DNA from: Spirochaetia bacterium | GTDB taxonomy: Bacteria; Spirochaetota; Spirochaetia; SZUA-6; Bin103 | Assembly: GCA_965203055.1 (NCBI GenBank) | Contig: OZ241863.1 | Location: forward strand, 3,296,001-3,360,000 | Length of the DNA: 64,000 bases | Direction of reading: 5' to 3' | Part shown: positions 48,417 through 58,351 of the stretch, piece by piece | Numbering within the stretch: position 1 is the stretch's first letter | How the letters are laid out: the number at the start of each line of letters is the position of its first letter | Notes under the pieces: generated by a model | What the model saw: the letters and a program-made list of their open reading frames with translations, nothing else | The model's database searches: none | Told to the model about the DNA's origin: nothing | Program-made: the position numbers and the translations under genes

Positions 48417-49247
48417 ATGCCGGAGGCAGTGACGGACGACCGGGTACGGCGCTTCTTTCCCCTCGGCGCGCCGCACCCGCGGGTGCTGAGCCGCGCGCAG
48501 GTCAGGCAGTTCAACGAGCGGGGCTACCTGTTTCCGTTGGAGGTGTTCGACGCGCGGGAGGTGACCGCGCTCCGCGCCTACTGCGACGATCTGTTCGCCA
48601 AGGCGCTGGCGGCCGGGTTCGGCAGCTACGCCATCAACGGCTGGCACTGTCATTGCGCCGGTCTCTACGACCTGTGCACCGAGCCGCGCGTACTGGATCT
48701 GGTGCAGGACCTGCTCGGCGAAGACCTGATCCTGTGGGGCACCCACTTCTTCCTCAAGCAGCCCGGCGACCGCAAGCAGGTGAGTTGGCACCAGGATGCC
48801 TCCTACTGGCCGCTGTCGCCGAGCAAGACCGTCACGGTATGGCTGGCGATCGACGACTCCGACGCCGGCAACGGGGCCATGCGCGTCATTCCGCGCTCAC
48901 ACGTCAACGCCCAGCTCGCCTATCAGCGCAGTACCGCGGAGGAGAACAACGTACTCTCGCAGACCACGCTGCAGGCCGAGGCGCAGGGCGATCCGCCGGT
49001 CGTGCTCGCCCTGCGCGCGGGGCAGGTGTCGCTGCATACCGACTGGCTGGTGCACGGCTCCGAACCGAATCGCTCCGCGCGCCGCCGCTGCGGATTGACC
49101 CTGCGCTTTACGTCGGCCGACGTGCGCGCCCTGAAACCCGATTGGGCGCGGCGCAGCGTGATCTGCCGCGGCCGCGACCGCAGCGGCCATTGGGCGCACC
49201 ACCCGCGCCCGGCGGGCGAACAGATTCCCTCACCCAAGGCACGTTGA
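48417..49247 (+). CDS. PhyH family dioxygenase
   Basis: VSWHQDASYW, TVWLAIDD, VHGSEPN. Confidence 0.9.
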   Translation: MPEAVTDDRVRRFFPLGAPHPRVLSRAQVRQFNERGYLFPLEVFDAREVTALRAYCDDLFAKALAAGFGSYAINGWHCHCAGLYDLCTEPRVLDLVQDLLGEDLILWGTHFFLKQPGDRKQVSWHQDASYWPLSPSKTVTVWLAIDDSDAGNGAMRVIPRSHVNAQLAYQRSTAEENNVLSQTTLQAEAQGDPPVVLALRAGQVSLHTDWLVHGSEPNRSARRRCGLTLRFTSADVRALKPDWARRSVICRGRDRSGHWAHHPRPAGEQIPSPKAR

Positions 49248-49277
49248 AGCCCCGAAAGGCCGATCAGCCTGCCTTGT

Positions 49278-49706
49278 TCAGCAAGAAAGATCGTCGCGGC
49301 AGTCGTGGTCCAACAGAACGAACCGCGGGGCGGCGGTACCTATCCGCCTCGAAAGGACCCGAATTCTTGACGGCCTGTTGAGCGTCTCGTTTATTGGCGA
49401 CACGTCGATGGATCGATCGATCCGTCCGGAAATCACCTTATCGGTGTGATCTTCCAGGAACTCGAAGACCCTCTGCGAAGGAAGCGCTCCGAGAAAGCGC
49501 CCATCAATTATTCGTTCTTCTTCATGAATGTTCTCCTGGAACGATTCCTTCGGATGATCGGGCAGTGAAGCAAGTTCTTCCTCCACCTGACTCATACGAT
49601 ATTCAAGGCTGGTACGTTCGAGTATACTTTCCGCCGGTAGCCCATTGATCAGGTCTTCCAGTGTGTTCAATTCCGCCCGTAGCAATCGATATTCCGGCAG
49701 GTTCAA
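49278..49706 (-). CDS. Low-GC hypothetical protein, possibly internally deleted
   Basis: TTG start LNLPEYRLLRAEL..., C-terminus GRFLGALPSQRVFEF...ISGRI. GC is lower than in the flanks. Confidence 0.5.
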   Translation of the reverse strand: MNLPEYRLLRAELNTLEDLINGLPAESILERTSLEYRMSQVEEELASLPDHPKESFQENIHEEERIIDGRFLGALPSQRVFEFLEDHTDKVISGRIDRSIDVSPINETLNRPSRIRVLSRRIGTAAPRFVLLDHDCRDDLSC

Positions 49707-49780
49707 TTTGGTCTTGTCACGCTGTGACTCTGGCTGTCGCCTTGGCCATGACTCCGGCGGCACTCCGTTTCCTGTTGCCC

Positions 49781-50600
49781 TTACGACCCGTCGGCGGTTT
49801 GGTAGGCGGCGGAATAGCGGAACTCCAACCACAGGCCGCCGCCGGGCTCGATCTTCCACTCCGGCCGCGGGTTGCCGGCCGCCTCGCACGCGCTGGCGAT
49901 GCGCCCGATGCCCCGGCCCCGCGCCTCGATCATCCCGGCCCGAAGGAACGCATAGGCGATTCCCGGATTGTACGGTCTCGATGCGTGCTCATGGGACAGG
50001 CGCTCGACCGTCCAGTCAGCCGGCAGGTGTCCGGGATTCCACAATATGATCCGGTCGTCGTACACGCGAATCTGAATCGGCACGGGATCGGCGTAGTCGC
50101 GATGGATCACGGCATTGATCACCGCCTCGCGCATCGCTTGGCGCGGCACGGGAAAGGTCTCCACGCGGTACACGCCGTCGTAGGAGACCAGCCCCCGCGA
50201 ATACTTGGAGTAGAGCAGGTCCATCGTACGGTCGACCTGCGTAAACAGATCACCTTCGATCACGTCCTGAAACAGCAGCTCGGCGCCGCGAAAGCATCCG
50301 ATCTTCACGTACGCATCCCGTACCAGGATTCCCGGTTCCGGGTGGAAGAGCAGCACGGCGGCCCGTTTCAGGTACTCTCCCTCCCGCAGGCGGAGCTTTT
50401 CGATCACGCCGGAGTCGGACTCGTCGAGAATGTCCCCGGCCAAGCGCCCGCTGGCGGCGGCGCGGCGGCGGAACTCGTCCAACGTGCGCCCGTCCAGGTC
50501 GCTGACGCCGACGCCGGGCAGCGGTACGTCGTCCCACGTGCGTCCGTACTTCTGACTCTCTCTCGCCACGCCTCCCACCTTCCTTTTACGGAGGTATCTT
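49781..50600 (-). pseudogene. HATPase_c_4/RecG-C-like ATP-binding protein fragment lacking its N-terminal AlbA domain
   Basis: GRTWDDVPLP, AMREAVINAVIHRDY, PYNPGIAYAFLRAGMIEARGRG. Confidence 0.72.
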
Positions 50601-50761
50601 AGCCCAATATCTGGTTCGACGGGCGAGCAGGCCAATGCTGCCCGACACTGCCAAGCGCCATGCTCTAGCCTAGCGCGTCATGGTTGCAACTCGGACAGCG
50701 CTCGGCCGCCCTCCTCGGGGAGATACTCGACATCGCCGCGCGGCGTGGCTAAGGTGGCGGC

Positions 50762-51688
50762 ATGAACCCTTGTCGTACCCTGTCGGGCCTTGCCGTGCTG
50801 CTGGTTGCGCTGGCCGCGCCCGTGTTCGCGCAGACGCCGTGTGACGCTTCCGGCGAGCCGCTGGATGCGATCCGGACCCGCCACCAGCTCAAGCGCTTCG
50901 TGCAGTGCGCGCTCGGCCACGTGGAGGCGGTAGGCTGGAGCCGGGCGGCGCAGGACTTTCAGACCGGCGGCGACTGGCTGGACGGCTCCATGTACCTGTT
51001 CGCGGGCGACGTCGAAGGAGTCGTCCATTTCGTTGCCGGGTCGGACTTCGCGCCGGGAACCGATCTCTCGGATCAGCAGGACTCCAACGGTCACTACTTC
51101 GTGCGCGACATCATGCGGGTGGCGGGTGACTACGGCGAGGGCTACGTATACTACCGCAACCTCAACCGCAACTCCGGGGAGGAGGAACCGAAGGTATCCT
51201 ACGTGATGGCGCTGGAAGTGGACGGCGAGCAGCTCTACCTCGGCGCCGGCACCTATCCGCTGGACGCGCCCGGCGCGTGCCCGGCGGACCGGGTGCGCGC
51301 GGAGTTGGCCGCCGGTGAGCGCGGGGTGGAGCAGTTCGTGCACTGCGCCGCCGAGCACCTGCGGCGGGCGGGCCTGGTCGCCGTGGCCGAGTTCGAGACC
51401 GACCCGCGCTGGCTCTCCGGCTCCACCTACCTGTTCCTGCTCGACCTGGAAACGCTGGTCACGGTCTCCAACGCCGGGGACCCCGGCCTGCGCGGCAAGT
51501 ACCGCGGCGACGCCGCGCACGTGCGGGAGATGCAGCGCATCCTGCGCGACTACGGAGAAGGGTACGTGTACTACGACCGGCGCAATCCCTCCTCCGGCGC
51601 CGTGGAACCCAAGGCATCGTTCGTCCGGCGGGTGTCCATCGACGGCCACGACTACATCCTCGGCGCCGGCCTCTACCGGGGACACTGA
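50762..51688 (+). CDS. Secreted protein with two Cache-like domains
   Basis: Signal peptide; two repeats of W..GS.YLF...GEGYVYY...NP....EPK.S.V......Y.GAG.Y. Confidence 0.78.
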   Translation: MNPCRTLSGLAVLLVALAAPVFAQTPCDASGEPLDAIRTRHQLKRFVQCALGHVEAVGWSRAAQDFQTGGDWLDGSMYLFAGDVEGVVHFVAGSDFAPGTDLSDQQDSNGHYFVRDIMRVAGDYGEGYVYYRNLNRNSGEEEPKVSYVMALEVDGEQLYLGAGTYPLDAPGACPADRVRAELAAGERGVEQFVHCAAEHLRRAGLVAVAEFETDPRWLSGSTYLFLLDLETLVTVSNAGDPGLRGKYRGDAAHVREMQRILRDYGEGYVYYDRRNPSSGAVEPKASFVRRVSIDGHDYILGAGLYRGH

Positions 51689-51707
51689 ACCCGCAGACCT
51701 AAGCGGC

Positions 51708-52369
51708 GTGGCGGTTAGCTCACTTCATCCCGAACGGTTGCGCGTCGTCACGCCCGACGACCGTACGGTGGCCGACCTTTCCGCGCTGCAGGGGTCTGGA
51801 CGCAGGCGCAGTACCTCAAGCTGACCAACCACGGCAATCGTCTGATCGAGTTTACCGACGGCTGGCTCGAGGTGCTGCCGATGCCCACGCAACGACATCA
51901 AGCCATTTCGCGGTTCCTGTTCCTGGCGCTGGTCACCTTCGTCCACGACCGCGGCGGCAACGTGTTCTACGCGCCGTGGCGCCTGCGGATCCGCGACGGC
52001 AAGTTCCGCGAGCCGGACCTGCTACTGGTTCGCGACGCCGGCGACCCGCGCTGCCGGGACGATTACTGGCGCGGCGCCGATCTGGTGGTGGAGGTGGTCA
52101 GCCCGGCAGCCCCCGACCGGGACCTGGTCGACAAGCGCGCGGACTACGCGGAGGCCGGCGTACCGGAGTACTGGATCGTGAACCCGAGCGGCGAAACGAT
52201 GACGGTGCTGGCGCTGGCGGAAGGCGGCTACCGGGAATACGGCGTGTTCCGGCCGGGAGAGCGGGCCGGCTCGTGGAGCCTGCCCGGCTTCTCCGTGGAG
52301 GTGCGCGCGGCCTTCGCCGCGGCAGGGGGCGCGCCGGCGCCCGGCGGCTGCCCCCCGGCCGGAGCATGA
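51708..52369 (+). pseudogene. Uma2 family endonuclease with a 1-nt frameshift at about 51795
   Basis: LSALQG / WTQAQYLKLT..NRLIEFTDGWLEVLPMPT; REPDL, LVVEVVSP, KRADYAEAGVPEYWIV. Confidence 0.8.
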
Positions 52370-52383
52370 CGAACTAACTAACC

Positions 52384-54420
52384 CTAATTCTTCCAGTACC
52401 ACTGCTCGGCGGCGTCGCCGACCACCACCGAATAGTAGCCCTCATCCTCGGCGATGCCGATGTTGCCCAGGTTGACGTTGTACACGAACGGCACCGGCGC
52501 GGCGGCGACCGTGCCGATTACCCAGACGTTCTCCGCCTGGCTCTCCCAGATCTCCTTGTGAGCGCGCTGGCGCGCGGCCGGGTCGCCGGTGGACTGCATG
52601 ATTTCCTTGAGCTCGTACAGCCGCTTTACCTCGTCGGGCGGCTCGTCGCCCGCCTCGCCGCCGGTGTTGATCCAGTTGTGCCAGCCGAACGCGGTGACGC
52701 TGAAGAACGCCGGGCCGTAGATGTGCATGTACTGCACCGGCAGCCACCAGTCGGCGAAGTGGATCTCGGCGGCGCGGTTCTGGCTCCAGTAGAGGCGCCC
52801 GTCCACCTGCTTGATCTGCGTGTCGATGCCGATCGGCTTCATGAATTCGGGAAACAGCTCGGCGCCCGGGGTAGCCGTCGGGGTGACCTCGTAGTAGGTG
52901 AAGGGAATGGCCAGCCGGCGGCCGTCCGGCAGCAGGCGGTATTCCTGCTTGTCGTCCCACGCCAGTCCCATCTCGTCCAGCAGCGCGTTGGCGGCGTCCA
53001 CGTCGTAGCGGACGTAGGCGTCGTCCATGTACGGCTCCCAGACGTCCGAGCCCTTGGGCGGCGCGTACTGCGCCTCCCGGCCGAAGTCGAGGAACACCGA
53101 CTTCTTCACCTCGGAGCGGTCGATCGCCATCGATACCGCCTGCCGGAACCGCTTGTCCTGCACCACCTCGGCGTACACCTGATCCTCAGGCGTGAGCGAG
53201 GCGAAGTAGATCAGGAGCTGGTCCTGCCACGCCGGCAGCGCCATGGTGCGGTAGCCGCCCCGTTCTTCGTTGGACTTGAACAGCGGGAAGTCGCCGAGGC
53301 GGATGAACTGGAACTGCAGATCGGTCTCGCCGGCCACGATCTTGGCGGTCATCACCTCCAGGTCGGTGACGAAGATGCGGTGGCCGCGGTCGATGTAGGG
53401 AAGCTGCTTGCCGGTGGGATCGATCTTGAAGAAGTAGGGGTTGCGCTCCAGGATGAACTCGCCGGGGTTGGGTTCCTCCGTTACGTGCCACGGATGCAGC
53501 GAGGGCGCTTCGATGGCGTTCGGAAAGCGGGTCGGGATGTGATTGGCCGCGTCGGTGCTGGCCGGGTCGAAGGAGTTGTAGAACTTGCCCCACTCCTCGG
53601 CGGAATACCCCTGCTCCCGAATGACCGGCATGATCTCGTCGAGGTCGGTGTAGTCCTTGTGGAACTGCTTCATGTAGTGGCTGGGCCGCATGAACCGTCC
53701 CGCGGGCTGCCCGGTGAGCTCGCTGAGAAACAGGCCGTAGGGCTTGGCGAAGGCAACCGAGAAGGTGTAGTCGTCGATGATCGACAGCCGCACCGGTTCG
53801 CCGCCCCAGCGCGCCCAGCTCGGCAGGTTGGGCGTGATCTCCTCGTTGAAGTAGTTGTCTTCGAAGGTGTAGCGCACGTCCTCGGTGGTGACCGGCGCGC
53901 CGTCCGACCACTTCAGGCCCTTGCGGATGCGAAAGGTGAACTCGGTTGCGGCGTCGTTCTGCTCCCAGCTTTCGAGGATGGAGGGCTGGATCTCGGCGCC
54001 CACGAAGTTGTAGCGATGATTGCTCGCCGACGGCGCAATTTCCATCAGCTTCACCGCGTTCAAGTGGCGCAGATAGTGGCCGTGATCGATGGTGTACTCG
54101 GTCCAGGTGAGGGTGCCGCCGTACTTGCCATCTTCCATCCAGGTCTCCATTACCACCGGGTTTTCGGGCAGCCGATCCTCGATGGGAGGCAGCCCCATGC
54201 CGGCCAGGTAGGGGGACTCCGAAAAGACGATCTCGGCGCCGGTCAGGCGCAGGTACTCGTCCATGTTGTACTGGCCGAGCGGCAGAGGCTTGGCCCGTGC
54301 CGCCGGCGCCTCCATGGCGCCGTCATCGGCGGAGGCTGCCGTCTCTTCGCTGCCGCCGGCCACCAGCAGCAGCGGCGCCGCGCACAGCATGAGCACGGCA
54401 AGCGCTGACGTTCGTTTCAT
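52384..54420 (-). CDS. Family 5 (peptide/nickel) ABC solute-binding protein
   Basis: LPPIEDRLPENP, GKYGG, GLKWSDGAPVTTEDV, ERNPYFFKIDPTGKQLPYID. Confidence 0.9.
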   Translation of the reverse strand: MKRTSALAVLMLCAAPLLLVAGGSEETAASADDGAMEAPAARAKPLPLGQYNMDEYLRLTGAEIVFSESPYLAGMGLPPIEDRLPENPVVMETWMEDGKYGGTLTWTEYTIDHGHYLRHLNAVKLMEIAPSASNHRYNFVGAEIQPSILESWEQNDAATEFTFRIRKGLKWSDGAPVTTEDVRYTFEDNYFNEEITPNLPSWARWGGEPVRLSIIDDYTFSVAFAKPYGLFLSELTGQPAGRFMRPSHYMKQFHKDYTDLDEIMPVIREQGYSAEEWGKFYNSFDPASTDAANHIPTRFPNAIEAPSLHPWHVTEEPNPGEFILERNPYFFKIDPTGKQLPYIDRGHRIFVTDLEVMTAKIVAGETDLQFQFIRLGDFPLFKSNEERGGYRTMALPAWQDQLLIYFASLTPEDQVYAEVVQDKRFRQAVSMAIDRSEVKKSVFLDFGREAQYAPPKGSDVWEPYMDDAYVRYDVDAANALLDEMGLAWDDKQEYRLLPDGRRLAIPFTYYEVTPTATPGAELFPEFMKPIGIDTQIKQVDGRLYWSQNRAAEIHFADWWLPVQYMHIYGPAFFSVTAFGWHNWINTGGEAGDEPPDEVKRLYELKEIMQSTGDPAARQRAHKEIWESQAENVWVIGTVAAAPVPFVYNVNLGNIGIAEDEGYYSVVVGDAAEQWYWKN

Positions 54421-54670
54421 GTGTTCTGCTCCCCTGTCGTGTTTTGGTCCCGCTCCGGGCGGAACCGCCGCAGGGTAGGGTGAGTGAGGCCGCTCGTCAA
54501 GGACGGCGTGGCTGGCTACCGCTCCGGCCAGCGAGCCAGCGCGCGCCGGTGCCGGCGCGCGCTGGCCTGGATACGGGTGGCGGGGGAAGCGGTCTCCCGT
54601 GCGGCGCGGCCGCCGGGGCGCCGCGCCGCAAGACGGGGAGACCGCCAGCGGCGGCGGACCGCTCCGACGG

Positions 54671-55756
54671 CTACTGCACTATCGGCAGATGCGCGACCAC
54701 TCCCGCATGGTCGGACGGCCACAAGCCCTTTGAGGTTTTGTCACCCGCCTTGTCGCCCACGGTATACGTGGTGATGGTAGCGGACCGCCGCAGTGACACC
54801 CCCTTGGTGAAGATCAGGTCGATCCGCCCGCCGTCGTCGCCCGTTCCCAATTCGCTCATCGCGTTCCTGAGGTTGTCGGCCTGGCAACACGTGTACCCGG
54901 GGCCGGAACCGGCTTGCCACATGTCGGTAAATCCTGCCGCCGTTATGGCCTTGTACGCCGCGCCGTCGGGAGCCTTCGTATTGAAGTCGCCCATCAGGAT
55001 CACCGGCAGTTTCTGGTCCTTCAGGCTGGCTATCAGTTCTTGAGTTTGACCGTCGCGCACTTTCTGGTCGAAGAACTCCAGGTGGGTGTTCACGACGCGG
55101 TACTTCACGCCGCCGACGGTGGCATCTACGGCAACGTAACCCCGCGGGACCTTGAGTTCACCCAGTGACTTGACTGAATATGAGTCTTTGTACTTTGCGT
55201 CTGTCGCCGCCGAAAAAGCGATGTCACCACGCACGAGAATCACGTCATGGTCCGTCAGACGTATGTCGACAAGTCCCTCCGCGGTTGGCATCGGCATCTC
55301 GAGGTCAAAGGTCGAGACTTGGCCGGCGACCTTGTAGTCCAGGCCTTCATCCTTGAGTTTCATCATGAATACTTCGCGGAAGTTCTGCTCGACGTCGGTG
55401 GCGTTCGGCTCCCGCACCGTCTGCGCATCCGAGGGATCCTGCTTGCGAACCAGCGAGATTTCCTGCAGGCCGATGATGTCGGGTGCGGTCCGCTTGATGA
55501 TCTTGGCGATTGCCGCCGCGCGTCCGGGGAAGTCGGAAGCTTGGTAATTCCGATAGAACTCGGCGACTTTCAGCGGAACTTCAGCCTGGCTCATGACGTT
55601 CAAGAGCTCGTGTGGGGGCGCGCCGACGTAGACGTTGTACGTCATCACGGTGAGTTGCGGCCAGGGGCGCGCCGGCGTCAATCCTCCGCACGCGGTCATG
55701 GCAAGGAGCACCACGATCGACGCCAGAGAAATGGCAAGGGCTTTCAACTTGGGCAT
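54671..55756 (-). CDS. Endonuclease/exonuclease/phosphatase family lipoprotein
   Basis: Lipobox-like MTAC; MTYNV, PDIIGLQE, NTHLE, MGDFN, RIDLI, PSDHAGV. Confidence 0.88.
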   Translation of the reverse strand: MPKLKALAISLASIVVLLAMTACGGLTPARPWPQLTVMTYNVYVGAPPHELLNVMSQAEVPLKVAEFYRNYQASDFPGRAAAIAKIIKRTAPDIIGLQEISLVRKQDPSDAQTVREPNATDVEQNFREVFMMKLKDEGLDYKVAGQVSTFDLEMPMPTAEGLVDIRLTDHDVILVRGDIAFSAATDAKYKDSYSVKSLGELKVPRGYVAVDATVGGVKYRVVNTHLEFFDQKVRDGQTQELIASLKDQKLPVILMGDFNTKAPDGAAYKAITAAGFTDMWQAGSGPGYTCCQADNLRNAMSELGTGDDGGRIDLIFTKGVSLRRSATITTYTVGDKAGDKTSKGLWPSDHAGVVAHLPIVQ

Positions 55757-55999
55757 ACGTACCTCCTCGTACGGTTCATCCTCGACCGGCGATGCGGCGT
55801 GTCGGACGGCGCCTGCCACCACCAATCGACGGGCATCATACCGCAAGCCGCGGCAGGGGAACAGCATCCAAAGCCATGCCGCGTTGACCGCGGGACCGCC
55901 GGCGGGCGCGCCGCCGGGTCGCCGGGCCCGCCCGGCAGCGGCGGCCGCCCGGCGGCGGCTACGCGGTCGGCGTCATCGAAGGCGGTCCATCCACTCGTG

Positions 56000-56042
56000 A
56001 TACCTTGAAATCTCGGCGGCGACCGCTGATATTTCAAGGTAT
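56000..56042. other. Long hairpin / inverted repeat
   Basis: ATACCTTGAAATCTCGGCGG-cga-CCGCTGATATTTCAAGGTAT: a 20-bp stem with 18/20 Watson-Crick pairs. Confidence 0.75.
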
Positions 56043-56096
56043 GGATGGCGAGGTGGCCCTCTTCCGGGTCACCGAGCGGCTCACGGCCGGCTCAAC

Positions 56097-57619
56097 GGGC
56101 GCACTTCCAATTTGTAGGTAGGCCCAAATAGAGAAGCCCTCCCAGCGACAGGTGATGTAACATCAGGCCGTCACTGGGAGGGCAACATATGTGTGATTCA
56201 TTGGTAACCGAGATTCTCAACTACTGCAAGGCCACCTGTGGTCTCGAACTGGGCCGCGCTAGCGGTCCCCACGACCTGTTGCGGGCAGAACTGAGTCTCC
56301 TCAAGTGCTTGGTGCGCCTGTGCCGCGCCGCCATGGTGGAGTGGTTCAAGGAACTGGGCCGCGATTACCGCGGCGCCACGGTCCAGCGCAACGGGGTGTC
56401 GTATCGGTTTGTCGGCCACCGCTCCAAGACCCTGCACGGACTGTTCGGGACGGTACCCTACGAACGGGCCTACTACGCCAGCGGTAGCGGCCAGGGCTGG
56501 GCGCCGTTGGATGAGCGGCTCGGCATCAAGCGCGGCCATACGCCGGGCTGCCAGTACTTTCTGAGTCAGTTCGTAGCGCGCCAGGCGCACGCAGAGAGTC
56601 TGCGGCAGTTTCACGAGGTGTTCCGCGCCGACGGCGGGGAGCTGGTGTCGGAGAAGAAGGCGTTCACGATGGTGCAGGAGGTAACGGAGGGGTTGGAACG
56701 GCAGCGCCAGCAGGAGGTGGACAACTACCAGCAGACTGCGGCGGGGCCGGAGCTGCACGAGCCGATTGGCGGGACGGTGGCGGTATGCATCGACGCGGGG
56801 AAGGTGCCGGTGCGCGGCAAGGAGCGGGTAGATGATGCCGGGAAGAAGCGCTACGAGCGGGAGTACCGGGACGCCAAGGTGGCGGTGGTGGCGGCGGTGG
56901 AGTGGGACGCTGAGGAGCAGGAGGCGCAGTGCAGCAGCAAGCCGAGCTACGTGGCGGCGAGCGAGCATGCCGACCAGTTCTTCCCGCGCATCGAAGTGGA
57001 GCTGAAACGGCGCTGCGGCGAGGGGGCGGCGCGGCAACTGGTAGTGCTGGCCGACGGGGCGGGATGGATTTGGGATCGGGCGGAGACCTGGGCGGCAGGG
57101 GGGCTGCGGGTGTGGTACATCCTGGATTTCTGGCACGCCTGCGAGCATCTCGCGGAGGCGAGTCGGAGCGTCTACGGGGAGAGGAGCAAGCAGGCAGAGG
57201 AATGCTTTCGGAGGTGGCGGACGATGCTGCGCGGCAGTCGGGCGGGGGAAGTGATAGAGGAGCTGGAGGAGTTGCGCGACGGCGGGGGGTTGAGTGCCCG
57301 GCAGCGGCACGAGGTGCAGGGGGAGATCAACTACTTGAAGAGCAACCAGGGACGGATGGACTACCGGCGGTACCGGCGGGAGGGGCTGCCGATCGGCAGT
57401 GGGGCGGTGGAGAGTACGTGCAAGAACATGGTGGGGGCGCGGCTGAAGGGGAGCGGGATGATCTGGTCGTTGGGAGGGGCGCAGGGGATGCTGCAGCTCT
57501 GCACCTCGGTGAAGAGCGGGCGGTTCAAAAGGGACTACGCGAGCCTGCTGTCCGCCTCGGTGCCGCAGGAGGCCCAGCCACAGGCCGCCTGACGCTACCT
57601 ACGTTTTGGAAGTGCGCCC
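56097..57619 (+). mobile_element. ISKra4-like (IS256/Mutator superfamily) insertion sequence, complete
   Basis: IRs GGGCGCACTTCCAATTTGTAGGTA / TACCTACGTTTTGGAAGTGCGCCC. 9-bp TSD CGGCTCAAC at 56088-56096 and 57620-57628. Confidence 0.92.
56189..57592 (+). CDS. ISKra4/ISLre2-type DDE transposase
   Basis: CIDAG, LADGAGWIW, ILDFWHACEHL, RMDY..YRREGLPIGSGAVES, RLKGSGMIWS. The SD is embedded in a hairpin (56137-56182). Confidence 0.9.
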   Translation: MCDSLVTEILNYCKATCGLELGRASGPHDLLRAELSLLKCLVRLCRAAMVEWFKELGRDYRGATVQRNGVSYRFVGHRSKTLHGLFGTVPYERAYYASGSGQGWAPLDERLGIKRGHTPGCQYFLSQFVARQAHAESLRQFHEVFRADGGELVSEKKAFTMVQEVTEGLERQRQQEVDNYQQTAAGPELHEPIGGTVAVCIDAGKVPVRGKERVDDAGKKRYEREYRDAKVAVVAAVEWDAEEQEAQCSSKPSYVAASEHADQFFPRIEVELKRRCGEGAARQLVVLADGAGWIWDRAETWAAGGLRVWYILDFWHACEHLAEASRSVYGERSKQAEECFRRWRTMLRGSRAGEVIEELEELRDGGGLSARQRHEVQGEINYLKSNQGRMDYRRYRREGLPIGSGAVESTCKNMVGARLKGSGMIWSLGGAQGMLQLCTSVKSGRFKRDYASLLSASVPQEAQPQAA

Positions 57620-57739
57620 CGGCTCAACCCTGTTGTTGACATCCTGTTGCCGTAGTATGTTCGTTTCCAATGCTCGGTGGCGGCCCCTAGCCCCCAAGCC
57701 GCCCGGCTCGATGCCGACCTGGCAGGAGGGGATGCCCCG

Positions 57740-58291
57740 ATGGAGAACCTGAGCTTGACCATAGTGCTTACCGGCGTAGGGGTGGTGGTTGCCTTGGTGG
57801 CCGCTGCTGTCGGCGCTACCTGGAAGGTGACCACCAAGATCACCGACACGGACAAGGCAACCCGCAAGGAGATTTCCGACGAGTCAAGGGATGCCCACAA
57901 GGGGATCACCGAGAACATCAAAACCGTAGACGGCAAGATCGACGCCCTGCGCGATAGCGTAGACGCCAAGATCGACAGGACCGACGGCAAGATCGACGCC
58001 CTGCGCGATAGCGTAGATGCCAAGATCGACAGGACCGACGGCAAGATCGACGCCCTGCGCGATAGCGTAGACGCCAAGATCGGCGCCTTGAGCAAGGATG
58101 TAGGCGACCTGCGCGATAGCGTAGACGCCAAGATCGACAGGACCGACGGCAAGATCGACGCCCTGCGCGATAGCGTAGACGCCAAGATCGGCGCCTTGAG
58201 CAAGGATGTAGGCGACCTGCGCGTTGACATAGCGCGTTTGGTTGGCCCCCGCGCGCAGGACCCGGCCCGAAATGAGCGAAACCGCCCATAG
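57740..58291 (+). CDS. Membrane-anchored coiled-coil repeat protein
   Basis: SD AGGAGG; N-terminal TM helix; DGKIDALRDSVDAKIDRT-type 18-aa repeats. Confidence 0.75.
   Translation: MENLSLTIVLTGVGVVVALVAAAVGATWKVTTKITDTDKATRKEISDESRDAHKGITENIKTVDGKIDALRDSVDAKIDRTDGKIDALRDSVDAKIDRTDGKIDALRDSVDAKIGALSKDVGDLRDSVDAKIDRTDGKIDALRDSVDAKIGALSKDVGDLRVDIARLVGPRAQDPARNERNRP
57929..58222 (+). repeat. 54-bp coding tandem repeats (two unit variants)
   Basis: GACGGCAAGATCGACGCCCTGCGCGATAGCGTAGACGCCAAGATC... repeated in frame. Confidence 0.9.
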
Positions 58292-58351
58292 CGCCCCGGA
58301 GTGTGCGTAGGTTGACGACCTGAACCTGACCCGCGCGGCGCGGGCGGGGGG

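Noticed and set aside
57929..58222. Possible CRISPR array
   Set aside because: Contiguous in-frame coding repeats with no unique spacers and no cas genes.
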